A stretch of DNA of 63,455 nt, filler included, from Nemertoderma westbladi (lineage: Eukaryota; Animalia; Xenacoelomorpha): the NCBI GenBank assembly GCA_032718475.1. It is 3 parts of 3 records of this genome, joined end to end, with 100 filler letters (N's around TTAATTAATTAA, not from the genome) between each part and the next. Parts side by side here need not be neighbours in the genome. Positions count along the whole stretch, not along the records: positions 1 to 31,108 come from JAUCBJ010002459.1; 2 more parts are not named here. The stretch is one strand, 5' to 3'. Below are positions 12,507 to 24,644 of the stretch, piece by piece (within the stretch, counting starts at the first letter, position 1; each line of letters opens with the position of its first letter). A program made the position numbers and the translations under genes. Below the pieces are notes generated by a model, which was not told the origin of the DNA, searched no databases, and saw only the letters and a list, made by a program, of their open reading frames with translations.

Positions 12507-13450
12507 TTAATATGGTTTTGAATTCTTAAACATGTTCATGTTGTCTCCGACAGTGTTTGCCTTACTTATTTCTGCAATTTCTCGCTTTAATTTAGCAGAA
12601 TATTTAGGTACATCTTTACCGGATTCATTAATTATAAGGTTTCGACCTTCTTTAGGTATAAGTATATATAGTATAATAGGGAGGTGTTTCATTGAAATCT
12701 TCATAAGTTTCTCCTAGTAACATAAAACAATTGTGATCTTCAAAGTGTGCATCACGACATTTATTTTCGAGAAATTTAATTGTTTCAACATCATCTTTGG
12801 ATAAAACAGCGGCATTCCCTGACTGATTATGTTTAACGATAAGATCTCTATTTTGTTTCTTAGCCATTAACCGTATGGATAAATTATATTCAGAATTTTC
12901 ATGGTCAAAATCTAATCTGGCCAGTTCATCAGGAGTGAAGTTTAAGCCGGAAAAGAAATCAATAGATACTGACTGGAGGATAAGATGTATCATATTCCCA
13001 AAGACCAACCCTTTTCTCGCAACCAGCCACATATGCCTTCCCTTTATATGTATGTTGTTACAAAGCCTACTAAAGGGTCTGAGAGAAGAACATAACGATC
13101 ATGATTTAAAAATGATATTATTATGTGTTTTCAATAATTGTGAAATATGAGAATGTAGGAGCTTTAGTTGTTCTAAGAAGTAACGGGGTATGAAGAAATG
13201 GGAATGCTCTTTCTCAACATGGAGCTCCATCAGAGAGCAAGTTAACAACAATATAGGATTTCTTGAATTCTCCAATTTTATTCTCCATAACAGTTTGCAT
13301 TAGAAACCTTGTGTTCATCGCATTGAGTACGAATGAATCCTGTTCTTGAGTAAACACTGCATACTTATGAGGTTGGATTATCATAGAAAAATCCTGACTA
13401 GCCACTTTGAATGGTTGGTTGCTAACATATGTCTTCTTAGATAGAGCCAT
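12507..13450 (-). pseudogene. Decayed orphan ORF (~310 codons), unidentified
   Basis: ATG at 13450 (MALSKKTYV...) continues through frameshifted pieces 12652-13032 and 12507-12704; no recognisable motif. Confidence 0.4.
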
Positions 13451-13584
13451 AATATAAGCAAATAAAATTTGTAATAAAAGTAACTGAAATATAAATATAA
13501 CAATATAATTAAATACAATGTTAACATCATATAGAATATGGATAAAATGATAAATTTGAAATTTTGTAGTATTTACATCTAAGT

Positions 13585-13905
13585 AGACCGACCAATCATG
13601 ATTGGGTGACTTATGTTGAGAGCCAATCAGCTCCGATGGTTTCAGCGGATAAAATTTGATTTGGGTAAATTTTTCAAGACAATGAATCATTAAATCAATT
13701 TCATGGATGATTGCGAGCATAATCAACCAGAGCGTGAAATTTGGTCTATACTAAGCAAAGTGATGACGTCAATGATAATAGTGAATGACAAGTCAATAAG
13801 ACGTCATGTCTGACAATGTAGGTGTTCTATACCATTGATTGGTTGATGATTCATCCAGTGCAATATGTCATACGCACCTTATTGGCTGCTTACTTTCACC
13901 AATAA
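13585..13905. promoter_or_regulatory. Cluster of CCAAT boxes and CRE-like motifs (Pol II promoter-like)
   Basis: At least five CCAAT/ATTGG boxes plus TGACGTCA (~13764) and GACGTCA (~13800), 130-450 bp upstream of the minus-strand ATG at 13450. Confidence 0.4.
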
Positions 13906-13924
13906 GTAATTTAGAGCCGTCCGG

Positions 13925-14790
13925 AACCATATAGGGAGCAATTAAGAGCAATAGACCATATGGACCCATACAGGGAGCAATATGTAATATGCAATATGCA
14001 ATATGAGCAATATGATGCAATAGCGAGCAAAGGGGGCAATAGAGAGCAATAGGCCATATAGGCCAATAGGTCATATAACAAGCAGTAGGGAGCCATAGAG
14101 AGTAAAAGGGGCCATAGAGATCGATAGAGAGCAAAAGAAAGCTATAGGCCATAGGGAGCCTTAGAGTTTAATAGGGAGCCAAGGAAATCGATAGGGAGCA
14201 AGGATATCATTAGGGAGCAATAGGCCATAAGGAGCCATGGAGGGCAATAGAGAGCTATAAGGGTAATATAGAGCGATAGGGAGAAATAGGAGCCATAGAG
14301 AGCCATAGGGAGCAATAGGGAGCCATAGAGATCAATAGAGAGCAATGGGAGCCATAGAGAGCAACAGGGAGTAATAGAGAGCAATGGGAGACATAGACAG
14401 CAAAAGGGAGCCATAGAGAGCAATGGGCTATAGGGAGCAATAGGGAGCCATAGAGAGCAATAGGAGCCATAGAGAGCAATATGGAGCCATAGAGAGCAAT
14501 AGGGAGCCATAGAGAGCAATAGGGAGTAATAGAGAGCAATAGGCAATGGGAGCAATAGGGAGTCATAGAGAGCAATATGGAGCCATAGAGAGCAATAGGG
14601 AGCCATAGAGAGCAATGGGCTATAGGGAGCAATAGGGAGTAATAGAGAGCAATAGGCAATGGGAGCAATAGGGAGTCATAGAGAGCAATATGGAGCCATA
14701 GAGAGCAATAGGGAGTAATAGAGAGCAATAGGCAATGGGAGCAATAGGGAGTCATATGGAGCAATGGCCCATAGGGAGCTATAGGGAGCG
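13925..14790 (+). repeat. Purine-rich minisatellite, ~10/20-bp unit (CCATAGAGAG-CAATAGGGAG)
   Basis: Directly visible tandem array with higher-order units; explains the Leu/Pro/Tyr-rich pseudo-ORFs on the minus strand. Confidence 0.95.
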
Positions 14791-14819
14791 AGTGGGGGGG
14801 GGGGGGGGGGGGGTTGATA

Positions 14820-16223
14820 CAGAAACGGGCAAAAGCACACTACTAACATAACACGAACCACACCGCGTTTGTATGACTCAGGGACGCATGCCCAGTATCT
14901 GTAGGCTTGCGGTACCACGCAGTTGAGAGTGCGTGACTCGTACGTGTCACAACCATATCGAGAAAGGACAAGCGACCCTGTTCCTCCAACTCAAGGGTAA
15001 ACTTGAGATTCGGATGGAGGTCATTGACCTCCCTCGACTTCTCAGTAGGGTTGTTACTTCCAACACTGAACATGTCGTCGACGTACCTCGTACAGAGCCT
15101 GGTCCCCACAGTGATCTGCGCATCGAACTGTGAGAGAAAGATGTTGGCGAGTCTGGGACCCAAAGGGGACCCCATAGCGACACCATGTTTCTGACAGACG
15201 TAGTTGCCATGGTGATCTAGGAATACAACATCCTTGGTAGCCAACAGCATCAGACGAATAAATTGGTCCTTGCTGATTGGCTGGGTGTCAGGATGTTGCT
15301 CATACAGTAGATCAGCAGAGAGCTGCACCGCCTCCCTCAGTGGGACCTTAGGGAATAAACTCACAACGTCCAGTGAGTAGAGACGTTCCGTGGGTTCTAC
15401 ATCCAGTTCAGCGAGAAGTTTCTTTAGTAATTTCTTTAGTAAATATCATTCGTTTGGGCAGCACGTCCAACATATCTTTGAGGAACTCAGCGATGGGATG
15501 GTAAATGCTGCCGGGCATGGAGGTTATTGGACGTAGGGGGACACCAGCCTTGTGGACCTTGGCAAGGCCATATAGCCTTGGCGGAGTGGTATTCTTGTGA
15601 GGCAATAGCCTTGCGCAGAGTTCCTTACTCTCCTTCCCCACAATACTAATGACCTCGTAACAAATAACCTATGCCCTCAGACGGTAGATATCAATGCTAA
15701 CAACACTGGGACGACCTGGTGGGGGACCAAACTTAGTAGGGTCAGCAATACGCGTGTCAGCCCGGGCGAGGTATAACTCCTTCCTCATCACACAGTATCC
15801 ATTCCCCTTGTTGAACGGCACAGCAATCAATGCCTGGTGCTTCAGGTAATGCGCCATTGTAGCAACAGCATCAGACTGCCGGTGGAGGCGCATCAACCTG
15901 GCGTAATTGTGGGGATGGTGTGACACACTTACTCTATCAGCATCGGTGGTGTGGGTGAAATAGTCCACATGGGAGTAGAAGAGTGCGGTGTCAAACTTGG
16001 TTTTGGCCGGATTCTTGGCCCCAACTCTGAGCACTGACTGCACCATCTCAGACAACACTATCACATCTTCACACTGGACTGTGCCTTTGACAATAAGTAT
16101 AAGGGCATCCCTAGGCTCCCTGCCCACCACCTAAATTTTTCGTCATGGCCAGCCCTCCTCTGCTCTAGTTTACCCTCGCACCAGATGTGTGCCTGGTGGA
16201 CAGCATCCTCGAGCAGCTTCGTG
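14820..16223 (-). mobile_element. Penelope-like element (PLE), degenerate reverse transcriptase
   Basis: PRLYGLAKVHKAGVPLRPI, SLFPKVP, QKHGVAMGSPLGPRLANIFL, RYVDD, LHPNLKFTLELE, LSFLD, WYRKPTDTG; GIY-YIG part absent; interrupted at 16223 by an LTR. Confidence 0.9.
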
Positions 16224-18315
16224 TGTTCGCGCTTTTAGACCTTTAACAGTTTAACCCATTAATTTACGTGTCTTATGATGTCTGACAGCCCGTACAGATG
16301 AACACAGTCTAAGCCAGTCTAGCGCGGTGTATGACCCACCGGAGGAGGGAGACTGGATTCGATGGCAGAAAGTCGTAGGAACAAGACGTAGGATACTTTG
16401 TATTATTTGATCGAGCTTTACTATATAATCTCCAAACACTATGCTTATTTTAAGCTAAATACTGACAGTTCCTTTCAGATGCTGCGCTCTAAATACTACG
16501 CAGAGATATGACTTATACTAATTACAACGGGTGGTCATGAGAATGCACGCACAATGATTACATTCTTTAGGAATGTATAATTATTCGCTCGCACTCACAC
16601 AACTGACAATGGTACTGAAACACTCTAATTTGCCGACTATCACCAATTTTACTCGCATATTATAAGAACTTTAACTCACGTACTGTACGTTGAGGACTAT
16701 GAAACAGCATAAACTCATACAAACCACTGTTATTTGAACTATGCAATTGTGAATTGTAAACCCCTCCGCTCACCTCAATGATCATGAAAACCAGGAGTAT
16801 TCTCCAATCATTAACATTAATCAATATACGTAACAAATCGCAGTGTTATAACAATATAAACAATATAAATTACGCGGTATGCGTGCGACATTTAAGGGGG
16901 GGTGGGGGGGGGGGGGGGGGAAGGCCAAAGAGCAACAAAAATTGAAATTTAAAATTTTTTTGTATCCCTCTAGCGGCGATTGGCGGAATTAAATATTTCA
17001 CTAAAAACATCACTAGTCCCTTAATATTAATCGAATTTTTTTGAAACCAACTTTTTTGGACTCAGCACCATTGTTTCTACAAAAATTATCCAGCCGATTT
17101 TTTAAATTATTAATTTTTAAGTAAATTAATTAAATTTATTAATTATAATTAATAATTAGTATTAAAAAAAAAAAATTAATAAAATTAATTAAAATTTTCA
17201 ATAATATTAAAAAAAAAATTTTTTTCGAAAAAGTGCTGGATAATTTTTCAAGATGTTCAAAAAACCTTTCAAACGAGCCATAAATTATCGAATTTGGGTG
17301 AAAAACGGCGGAGGAGTAGTATTTTGAAAAATGGAAATATCGTGAAATGTAATTCCGAGATAATTTGCTTTAAAATTTGAACCTTCCTGCTCAAACCTGA
17401 CTGTCTGTAGCAGGTTAATCGGTCAGTAATGTTTGACACTATGGCTTCATACAAACTCACGAAAATGATCAATATGGGGGGTTTTCGGGGTCGGTGATTT
17501 CATTTCTGACGTCAGTTTTAATGTTTGGTGGCATCTAATATGTCTGTCTGACAGCATGTCTGTCTGTCTGTCTTCTAAATTTTGACGGACAAACTGATAG
17601 ACGGAAAGACAGCGATAACTCGAGAACTAAAAAAGATCTCGCCAAACTGTTTCAAGATTTGAACTCCCCAATAAATTCGGCATCAGGTGAAATAGAAAAC
17701 CAAAAATGTGAAAATTTTACCAAAGGATGGGGTACCCCCCCCCCCCCCCCCCCCCCTTAATCATCAGTCAGATGTCAGAAAGTAAGGAATGGACGAGAGA
17801 TAATTCATTGTGATCTGTAATTCCCTGACTATCTAGCCTCATGGTCTTTTGGGCAAAGTCAGAAAATGAATAAACACTCACACTCAAGGGCTGCAAGAAT
17901 ATTCTTGCCTCAAGTAGTTCACAAAGCATGAATCATATCGAACGTCGTAGAACGTATGGAACATGCAAGAACTCCCAAGCAGGGACCAGTTTCCATGCTA
18001 TCAACCCGTAACCAATGGATCCGGTAATGCACTCTATGGGGTGACGTAGGAGGGAAAAAGTACACTGATTGGACGGTGACTAACAAAGAAGTACATAATC
18101 AATAAGAATAATATCCAATGGCTGGTGATTTCGTAATCTGAGCATTTGGGATTTCTGTGGGAATGTAGGGGAAAGTGTTATACTTGGAATAAACGCCGGA
18201 GGGAGTAAGTTTACATCAGTTCATAAAATACAAAGTTCTTGAGAGTTTTTCAAGGGTTTAGAGTAACCAGCGCATTGTGTAAAATGGGGACATTTTGGCC
18301 ACAAAAGCTTTAACA
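16224..18315 (-). repeat. 3' LTR of BEL family B (copy 1), interrupted by a TTAA element; ~1.23 kb after removing it
   Basis: Minus strand starts TGTTAAAGCTTTTG right after PPT GGGAGCGG (18316-18323) and ends GGTCTAAAAGCGCGAACA; homologous to 32680-33880 and 43836-45027. Confidence 0.85.
16896..17756. mobile_element. Kolobok-like non-autonomous DNA transposon
   Basis: TTAA on both sides (16892-16895, 17757-17760) with GG...CC termini. Confidence 0.65.
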
Positions 18316-18386
18316 CCGCTCCCAGAAAAAGGGATTTAGGTCTATAAAATATACATAGAGTCACAATTTCTTAATATTATAACTAC

Positions 18387-19019
18387 TCAAAACAATCGAT
18401 CTTTCTTTCTGGGATGACATTTACGTAGTTTCTTGAACAATTGGGAGGTGGTTGTCTTCTTCCCGGCGCTACGAGCCACTTTACTCAGAGGACTATAACT
18501 CCTCGGGGAAGGGTGCAATACAATTGCATCAGAAGGCTTTGGATTGCGGTTGGTGTATCCGCTGGTCGAGGTAACTGGTTGGTCGAGATAAGTCTCTCGC
18601 AGGAACTCCAGATATTCGTAAAAGTTCGTGTGTTTATCGGGTTCTTCCACATCTTCTCTTTCGAGCTGATTTCTAATACAACTTTCATGCTCGATACGCG
18701 GTTTGTCGTTTCGACTCCGTTGTGCGTGAAACTTAAATAAAACCATCTCTGTCTCTATATCCAAGGCATCAGTATCGTGTAGGTTGATAGGAAGACCAGT
18801 AGTTAAGAAATCCATATACGTACCATCATGATGCATATAGCGCGAGGTGAATTTTCGATAATCGAGTTCTCGTTTAAGTTGTTCCTCGGTCATCGGTGGT
18901 TCGATGTAACATCCATCATCTTGACTAGCGTCACCGCTCAACAAACTATTGAGAAATGCTTGTAGAGGTTGCGTATATCTCTCATTAATACCAAGGTATT
19001 CCTCTATCAATTCAGTCAT
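18387..19019 (-). CDS. Orphan accessory ORF (210 aa, basic C-terminus) of BEL family B, just upstream of the PPT
   Basis: Open ORF ending ~63 nt before the PPT; degenerate paralog at 31258-32606 (RELDYRKF..RY...GTYM.FLTTG; PSDAI.LHPSPRSY; KKLRK). Confidence 0.7.
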   Translation of the reverse strand: MTELIEEYLGINERYTQPLQAFLNSLLSGDASQDDGCYIEPPMTEEQLKRELDYRKFTSRYMHHDGTYMDFLTTGLPINLHDTDALDIETEMVLFKFHAQRSRNDKPRIEHESCIRNQLEREDVEEPDKHTNFYEYLEFLRETYLDQPVTSTSGYTNRNPKPSDAIVLHPSPRSYSPLSKVARSAGKKTTTSQLFKKLRKCHPRKKDRLF

Positions 19020-19144
19020 TGTAGGGGAGTTTATAGAGTTTATAGGTAAGGCTAGCGAGCGTCGCTGCCTCAGAGGTTACCCTCCAACCTGCCCCCGGAC
19101 AGCCTGAGATCCTCAGAGCTGATGTACCACTGTCGCTATGTTTA

Positions 19145-19773
19145 TGCCAACGGAGTAGCTAAAAAATGACAACGATAATCAGCGCAAGTCACTCCACTGT
19201 CCGTCCCAAGGGCTCCAAGATGCTTGAGATACTGGTCGCAGATACTTGAGATACTCGTACATAATAACACGTCAGTACTGATAAATGAATATAGCAGAAA
19301 ATACAGGTTAATTGTTACCTGTATGGTGGTGGCGGTCATTAACTATGACCGGTCTGCACTGACTGAATAACTCAACTGACCGGTAAATCAGTAACGTAAG
19401 ATAATATATGGCTAACACACATTGAATATTGGTTTCACCTCCTACTGTACTCTGGCCCTCTACCCAATGGATGCTTTCCTGTTCCTAATCATGTGCTTCC
19501 CTCCCCACTATTGGCTAATATATTAATTGTCACTTTGGCACTCCCTGTGAGTGTTTCCCCCTGCTGCTAGCCTCTACTAGCTTTTCTCTCTTCGAGGTGG
19601 TTTGACCTCTCACCTTTCTCTGTGGCTTTGGGCCTTGTGTCGCCCCCCCCCCCCCCCCAATGTTGGTTATGAGACGAGATTAATATTTGTAATCTCGTAT
19701 CCCCAACATATTGCTAAAATGCCACTGGTCCCATTTTCTGGTGGGTAATGAAGTGGAATTGAATCCGCTTACA
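19145..19773 (-). repeat. Solo LTR related to the element C LTR
   Basis: GTGGAATTGAATCCGCTTACA and GTGTTTCCCCCTGCTGCTA are homologous to 22767-22960; left boundary uncertain. Confidence 0.65.
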
Positions 19774-19787
19774 TTTTAAGACTATGG

Positions 19788-20905
19788 CGTCGGATGGCGT
19801 TAAAAAGGCGCTAAGTACCAGTTCTATCAAACTGAGGAAATTGCATTAATTCAAACTTAGTTATCACATGAAGTTAGGTCATTTTAAACGGCACCGTTTA
19901 AAAGGGCCTAACTCTGAATCGACAAAACCATGTAGAGTTAGGCCATTTTAAATGGCACCGTTTAAAATGGCCTAACTCTGAACCCATAATACCATGTAGA
20001 GTTAGGCCATTTTAAAAGGTGCCGTTTAAAATGACCTAACTATGTATGGATAAAATCATGTAGAGTTGGGCCATTTTAAACGGCGCCATTTAAAATGGCC
20101 TAACTCTGAACTTATATAATCAATCTGAGTTAGGCCATATTAAACAGTGCCGTTTAAAATGACCTAAGTATGTATTGATAAAATCATTAAATATAAACTG
20201 TTTAGGCCAATCGTCGGTATCGGGTCAAGTGTTCACCCTCTTAAAACTGATTCCGTATTCCATCGTTTATACCCACCCTAATCGCACGTTTAGGTTATTT
20301 TTTTGTTACAGGCTGTTGTTACAGCCTCTTAGGTTGTTAGAAATAAATAGACAAAAAATAAATATGAAGATTGAAGACTTTAATTATATCCAACGGATAT
20401 GCATAATTGTTTAAAAATATTGTAAAAAATAAATTAATAAATTAAAACTAAAAGATCCAATAAATAATTAACATACTCAACATACTTAGTGTTCCATCAT
20501 ACAAGAAAGCGAAGCTGGAAATTTTCAGATCATTATGTTAATTGTTGATTAAAGTGTACGCCGAAGGTTAGTATAAATTAAATTACAATTTTAAACGTTG
20601 CTGTTTAAAATGGCCTATCTGTAAATTGACAAAATTCTTTAGAGTTGGGGAATTTTAAACAGCACCATTTAAAATGGCCTAAGTCTAGATGCTTCAAATT
20701 TATTATTAAATTACAAATGAAATTAAATTATTTAATTGTACTGGCTCGGAACGTTGAAAATTTATATATTTCATTTTCAAAAATAGAGCGGCAAATAAAT
20801 AAAAAGTGCAAATTTTTCCAGCTTTCCAGTGATATTTATATCAAAATTTATATATATCATTTTTATCAAAAAAATCACTTAGCGCCTTTTTAACGCCACC
20901 CGACG
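19788..20905. mobile_element. Non-autonomous TIR DNA transposon with 4-bp TSD (possibly Sola-like) and internal palindromic ~58-bp repeats
   Basis: 29-bp TIR CGTCGGATGGCGTTAAAAAGGCGCTAAGT / ACTTAGCGCCTTTTTAACGCCACCCGACG; ATGG on both flanks; repeated GTTAGGCCATTTTAAA...TTTAAAATGGCCTAAC. Confidence 0.8.
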
Positions 20906-21299
20906 ATGGTATGATAATAATATTGGAATAAGCAATGTCAGTGAGAAGAGGCAAGTCGTTTCCAAGGTCTACCCAGAGCTTGGTTTAGCCGAGACACGAG
21001 GATCTGAACTTTGCATTCCTAATACTCTACGTTACTCTACGTATTGTACTTTAGCAAGTACGACATCTTACTGTAATCACGCATTTAGAATAATATACGG
21101 ACAGAAAGGAAGGGATATAAAGAATTTATTTTCCGTCATTATCTAAATATATTGTAGACTAATAAATTTAACTAATATTATTTACAAGGTTATTCTAATG
21201 ATTATAATTAAATAAAACGATTATAATAATATAAAATTACATAATAAAACATACATAAAGACAAATAATCAGAAAAATAAATAGTCTTGCGCCCGCTCC

Positions 21300-22410
21300 C
21301 CTAACTAAAAGTCAGTTAGTTGCTGGATGTTCATTTAATCTGGGAGGTGGTCGTAGGGAGAGTTTCTTGTTTACCATAATTTCCAGACAACTCCCTGTCC
21401 CGTTCTAGGAGACATAGACGACCAACGGGGTGGTTTAATTGCTGCGTCTCGAAGACGATTCCTTTCTTCTTATAGTTTCGTCACATCACAATGAGTTCTA
21501 CTGATAGCACTAAACTGTTGTTGGATATATGGGTCTCGATGATACAACCTATCTGCCACCTCTTGCAGGGTAGATCCGAATCCACTATTAAAATCATGTC
21601 TCCGGAACTGACATTTTCTTGCTGCGCTACCGGCTTCTTCAGTAGAAAGTGCGTGGGTTTTAGCGCTTCTAGGGAATCGGGACTGGAAGAGACTGGCATG
21701 AGCGGTCTCTCGTTCAGGTAGGTGGCGATTTCCTCCATGAGAGTTCGTAGGAGTTCATCAGTAAGGTACGCGCGGCACGGCACTACAAAGTTAAACGCGG
21801 TCTTCACGCTGCATATAAGTCTCTCCCAACTTCCTCCACACCATGGAGCATTGGCGGCATTGAAAGTTGGACGCTGTCACTCTCAGCTGATCATCTACCT
21901 GTCGATGGTTCCAATCATTTACATAAGCCTTTATCTCGTTATTGGCCCTGATAAAGTTGGTACCTTTATCTGATCGCATGGTGTTACTAGTCCCAAAGCG
22001 AGCGATTTGTCGGCGTAGGCTGAGTATGAAACTATTAGTAGATAAATCATTTACCATGTCTAGATGAATCGCTCTACAAGTCATACAAACAAATATAACG
22101 CACCATCGCTTGACTATAGTTCGAGCGCGATACACTTCAATAGGGCCAAATAAATCCACACCAGCGTTAGTAAAGGGTGGTTCATAACAGCTTACTTTTT
22201 CCTTACTCTTCCCTTACTTTTTAGGTAATTCTACCTCTTGCTGGGTTAAAGGCCTACTAAATGCTTTCCTATAGGGCAGGCATATGCAGTTCCTAAGAAC
22301 TTGGTTTAGCGCTTGAAACGGCTTATAAAAATAATAGCGCGTTCTAACTTCGCTAAGAACTCATTCCCTACCGGCATGATAAAGATTGTTATGGACATCT
22401 ACAATCATCA
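21300..22410 (-). pseudogene. BEL integrase, degenerate (probably pol of family B copy 1)
   Basis: DLFGPI, RWCVIFVCMTCRAIHLDMV, SDKGTNF, LNERPL, LKPTHFL. Confidence 0.85.
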
Positions 22411-22429
22411 ATCATCATCATCTAATTAA

Positions 22430-22960
22430 TGTTATTTATTAATTGAGGGAAAGAAACAAGTTACAGTGGAATGTTATTCTAACTAAAACGAACACAGGTT
22501 ACATTTTCATATTTCCTGTTGTCGGTAGTGGTTGTCGGTTGGCGTAGCGTTCATACCCCTGGTAGTGCAAATATTATAATGAAAAATCACCACAAAATCG
22601 AATTGATTTTATGACCATATGGGTTTTTTAACTGAGTAAACTGAACTGAATGAAATGACACCAACCGGTAATATATATTGCACTGGTTGGCCGTATTACA
22701 TTACTCAGTGGATGCCTTCCCCCCATTGGCTAATAACTCATTTCTCACCCTCCCATCTCTCTGGGAGTGTTTCCCCCTGCTGCTATCACTCTCTCCCTCC
22801 CAGAGGTGTAACCTCTGACCCCCGCTGTGTGTGTATCCCTTTGGGGTTTGTCGCCCCGCTTATTGGGGTGATACAAGGTTGATTGGTAATCAACCTTGTA
22901 CTCCCAATATTGCTTAAAGCCAACTTTGTGGGGTGGTTAGTGGAATTGAATTCGCTAACA
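22430..22960 (-). repeat. 3' LTR of element C
   Basis: On the minus strand, PPT GGGGGGGAG is followed by TGTTAGCG... and ends ...AATAAATAACA at 22430. Confidence 0.75.
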
Positions 22961-23959
22961 CTCCCCCCCATGCTATCTTCCCGGTGAGAAGATAGCATCC
23001 ACCTATAGTGCGCTACAATTCCGCTGGATCCCGATCTACCATCGGGTGTGAGGTGGGGCTATTTTTCTCGGAGCCGGCTTTCCAGGCCGCTCCCTATGGG
23101 TGTGATATTGCTACCCCATCTTGGTACAACTCTACCTATCTTGTACCAAGACATCTGGTGTCCCATGTCGGGCCGATCGTGCGCTTCTCTCACACGACTT
23201 TTGTTTCCCCAACACTTTCACCACTCCAACTCCGCTCTATCCCTTACCCCAACTTCTCAACCGCTCCAACTCTTACTCCTCCCCCCCACACTCGAATTGC
23301 ACTCCTCTCACTGTCCCTCATCCTGTCAAAAAATCTCCTCTCCATTCTCCCCCCGATTCCCATTCTCGCTTTCGTCCCTCACCCACTCATCGGGCCCCAC
23401 ACTTGAGCGCTCATGTTGGTGGGAGCCGTCCAAGTCCCATCCTGTCGCCCTAGTCAATTAATCCCCAGTCCCAGTAGCTAATTGGAAAAGGTTGTGCTTG
23501 ACTACGGTATATACTTTATAAGATATATATGCGAGTTACTTATATAATTATTATAAGGCTATTATTATCATATATTATATTATATGCTCGTCTACATAAC
23601 GCGCCTCATTCTCTCTCGGCCTTTCTCGCCTAGCGACTTCTTCCAGTCGCTTCTCCCCAAATCTATCCGCTTCCAACTTCTCCCACGTAATATGTGTATC
23701 CACCTCCCTGTCTACTAGATGCCGGCTGTTGTATTACGCCGACTCGCCCTCCAGCCCTGGGTGGTCTACCAGACCTTCGAAGGCCATCTTGAAGGCTTTT
23801 CTGTGGTTCGGAGGTGATCCTAATATTCTTGATTTTTATTTTGTTTTGTGCTATTGCCCTATCTATCTTTCTGGCTACTACTTCTATGGTATATTGTGCT
23901 CTCTAGTCTCTTACTATATACTATATCTTATACATATCCTCCTTCCACCAATTCTTACT

Positions 23960-24515
23960 ACTAATGGTACCCTACGTACCCTCTTACGAACTAATTATAC
24001 AGCTAACTACTACTCCTTCTAACCAGTACTACGTACCCTCTTACTAACTAGCTCTACAACTAACTACTACTCTTACTAACCGGTACTACGTACCCTCTTA
24101 CTAACTTCCAACTCCACTAACTCTTACTAACCGGTACTATGTACCCTCTTACTAACCTCTAACTCCCACTAACTCCTACTAACCGGTACTACGTACCCTC
24201 TTACTAACCTCTAACTCCCACTAACTCCTACTAACCAGTACTACGTACCCTCTTACTAACCTCTAACTCTCCCAACTATTGGTACTATGTACCCTCTTAC
24301 TAACCTCTAACTCTCCCAACTATCGGTACTACGTACCCTCTTACTAACTTCTAACTCTCCCAACTATCGGTACTACATACCCTCTTATTAATTTCTAACT
24401 TAACTAACTAGCGGTACTACGTACCCTCCTACTACTTAACTAACTAGCGGTACTACGTACCCTCCTACTACTAACTAACTAGCGGTACTACGTACCCTCT
24501 TACTACTAACTTCTA
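23960..24515 (+). repeat. Tandem array (~12 units, 34-59 bp) in the 3' UTR of element C
   Basis: Core GGTACTACGTACCCTCTTACTA recurring from ~23966 to ~24505. Confidence 0.95.
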
Positions 24516-24644
24516 TCTGCCTACTTACTGCTTACCTATTATGTACTATTATTATTATTATTTTTTTTTTATGTGTGGGAAGGGCGTCTCGCCCTCAATC
24601 CCACCCCCCTCAGTCCAATACTTGGACGACTAAACTCCACTCAA

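Noticed and set aside
13868-14918. Several Leu/Pro/Tyr/Cys-rich ORFs
   Set aside because: They are translations of the minisatellite.
23365-23400. Hammerhead-like CCGATGAG...CGAAA on the minus strand
   Set aside because: The core lacks CUGA and stem II does not pair.
23960-24515. CRISPR-like array (palindromic repeat with variable spacers)
   Set aside because: Spacers are homologous to each other, the context is a eukaryotic retrotransposon UTR, and there are no cas genes.
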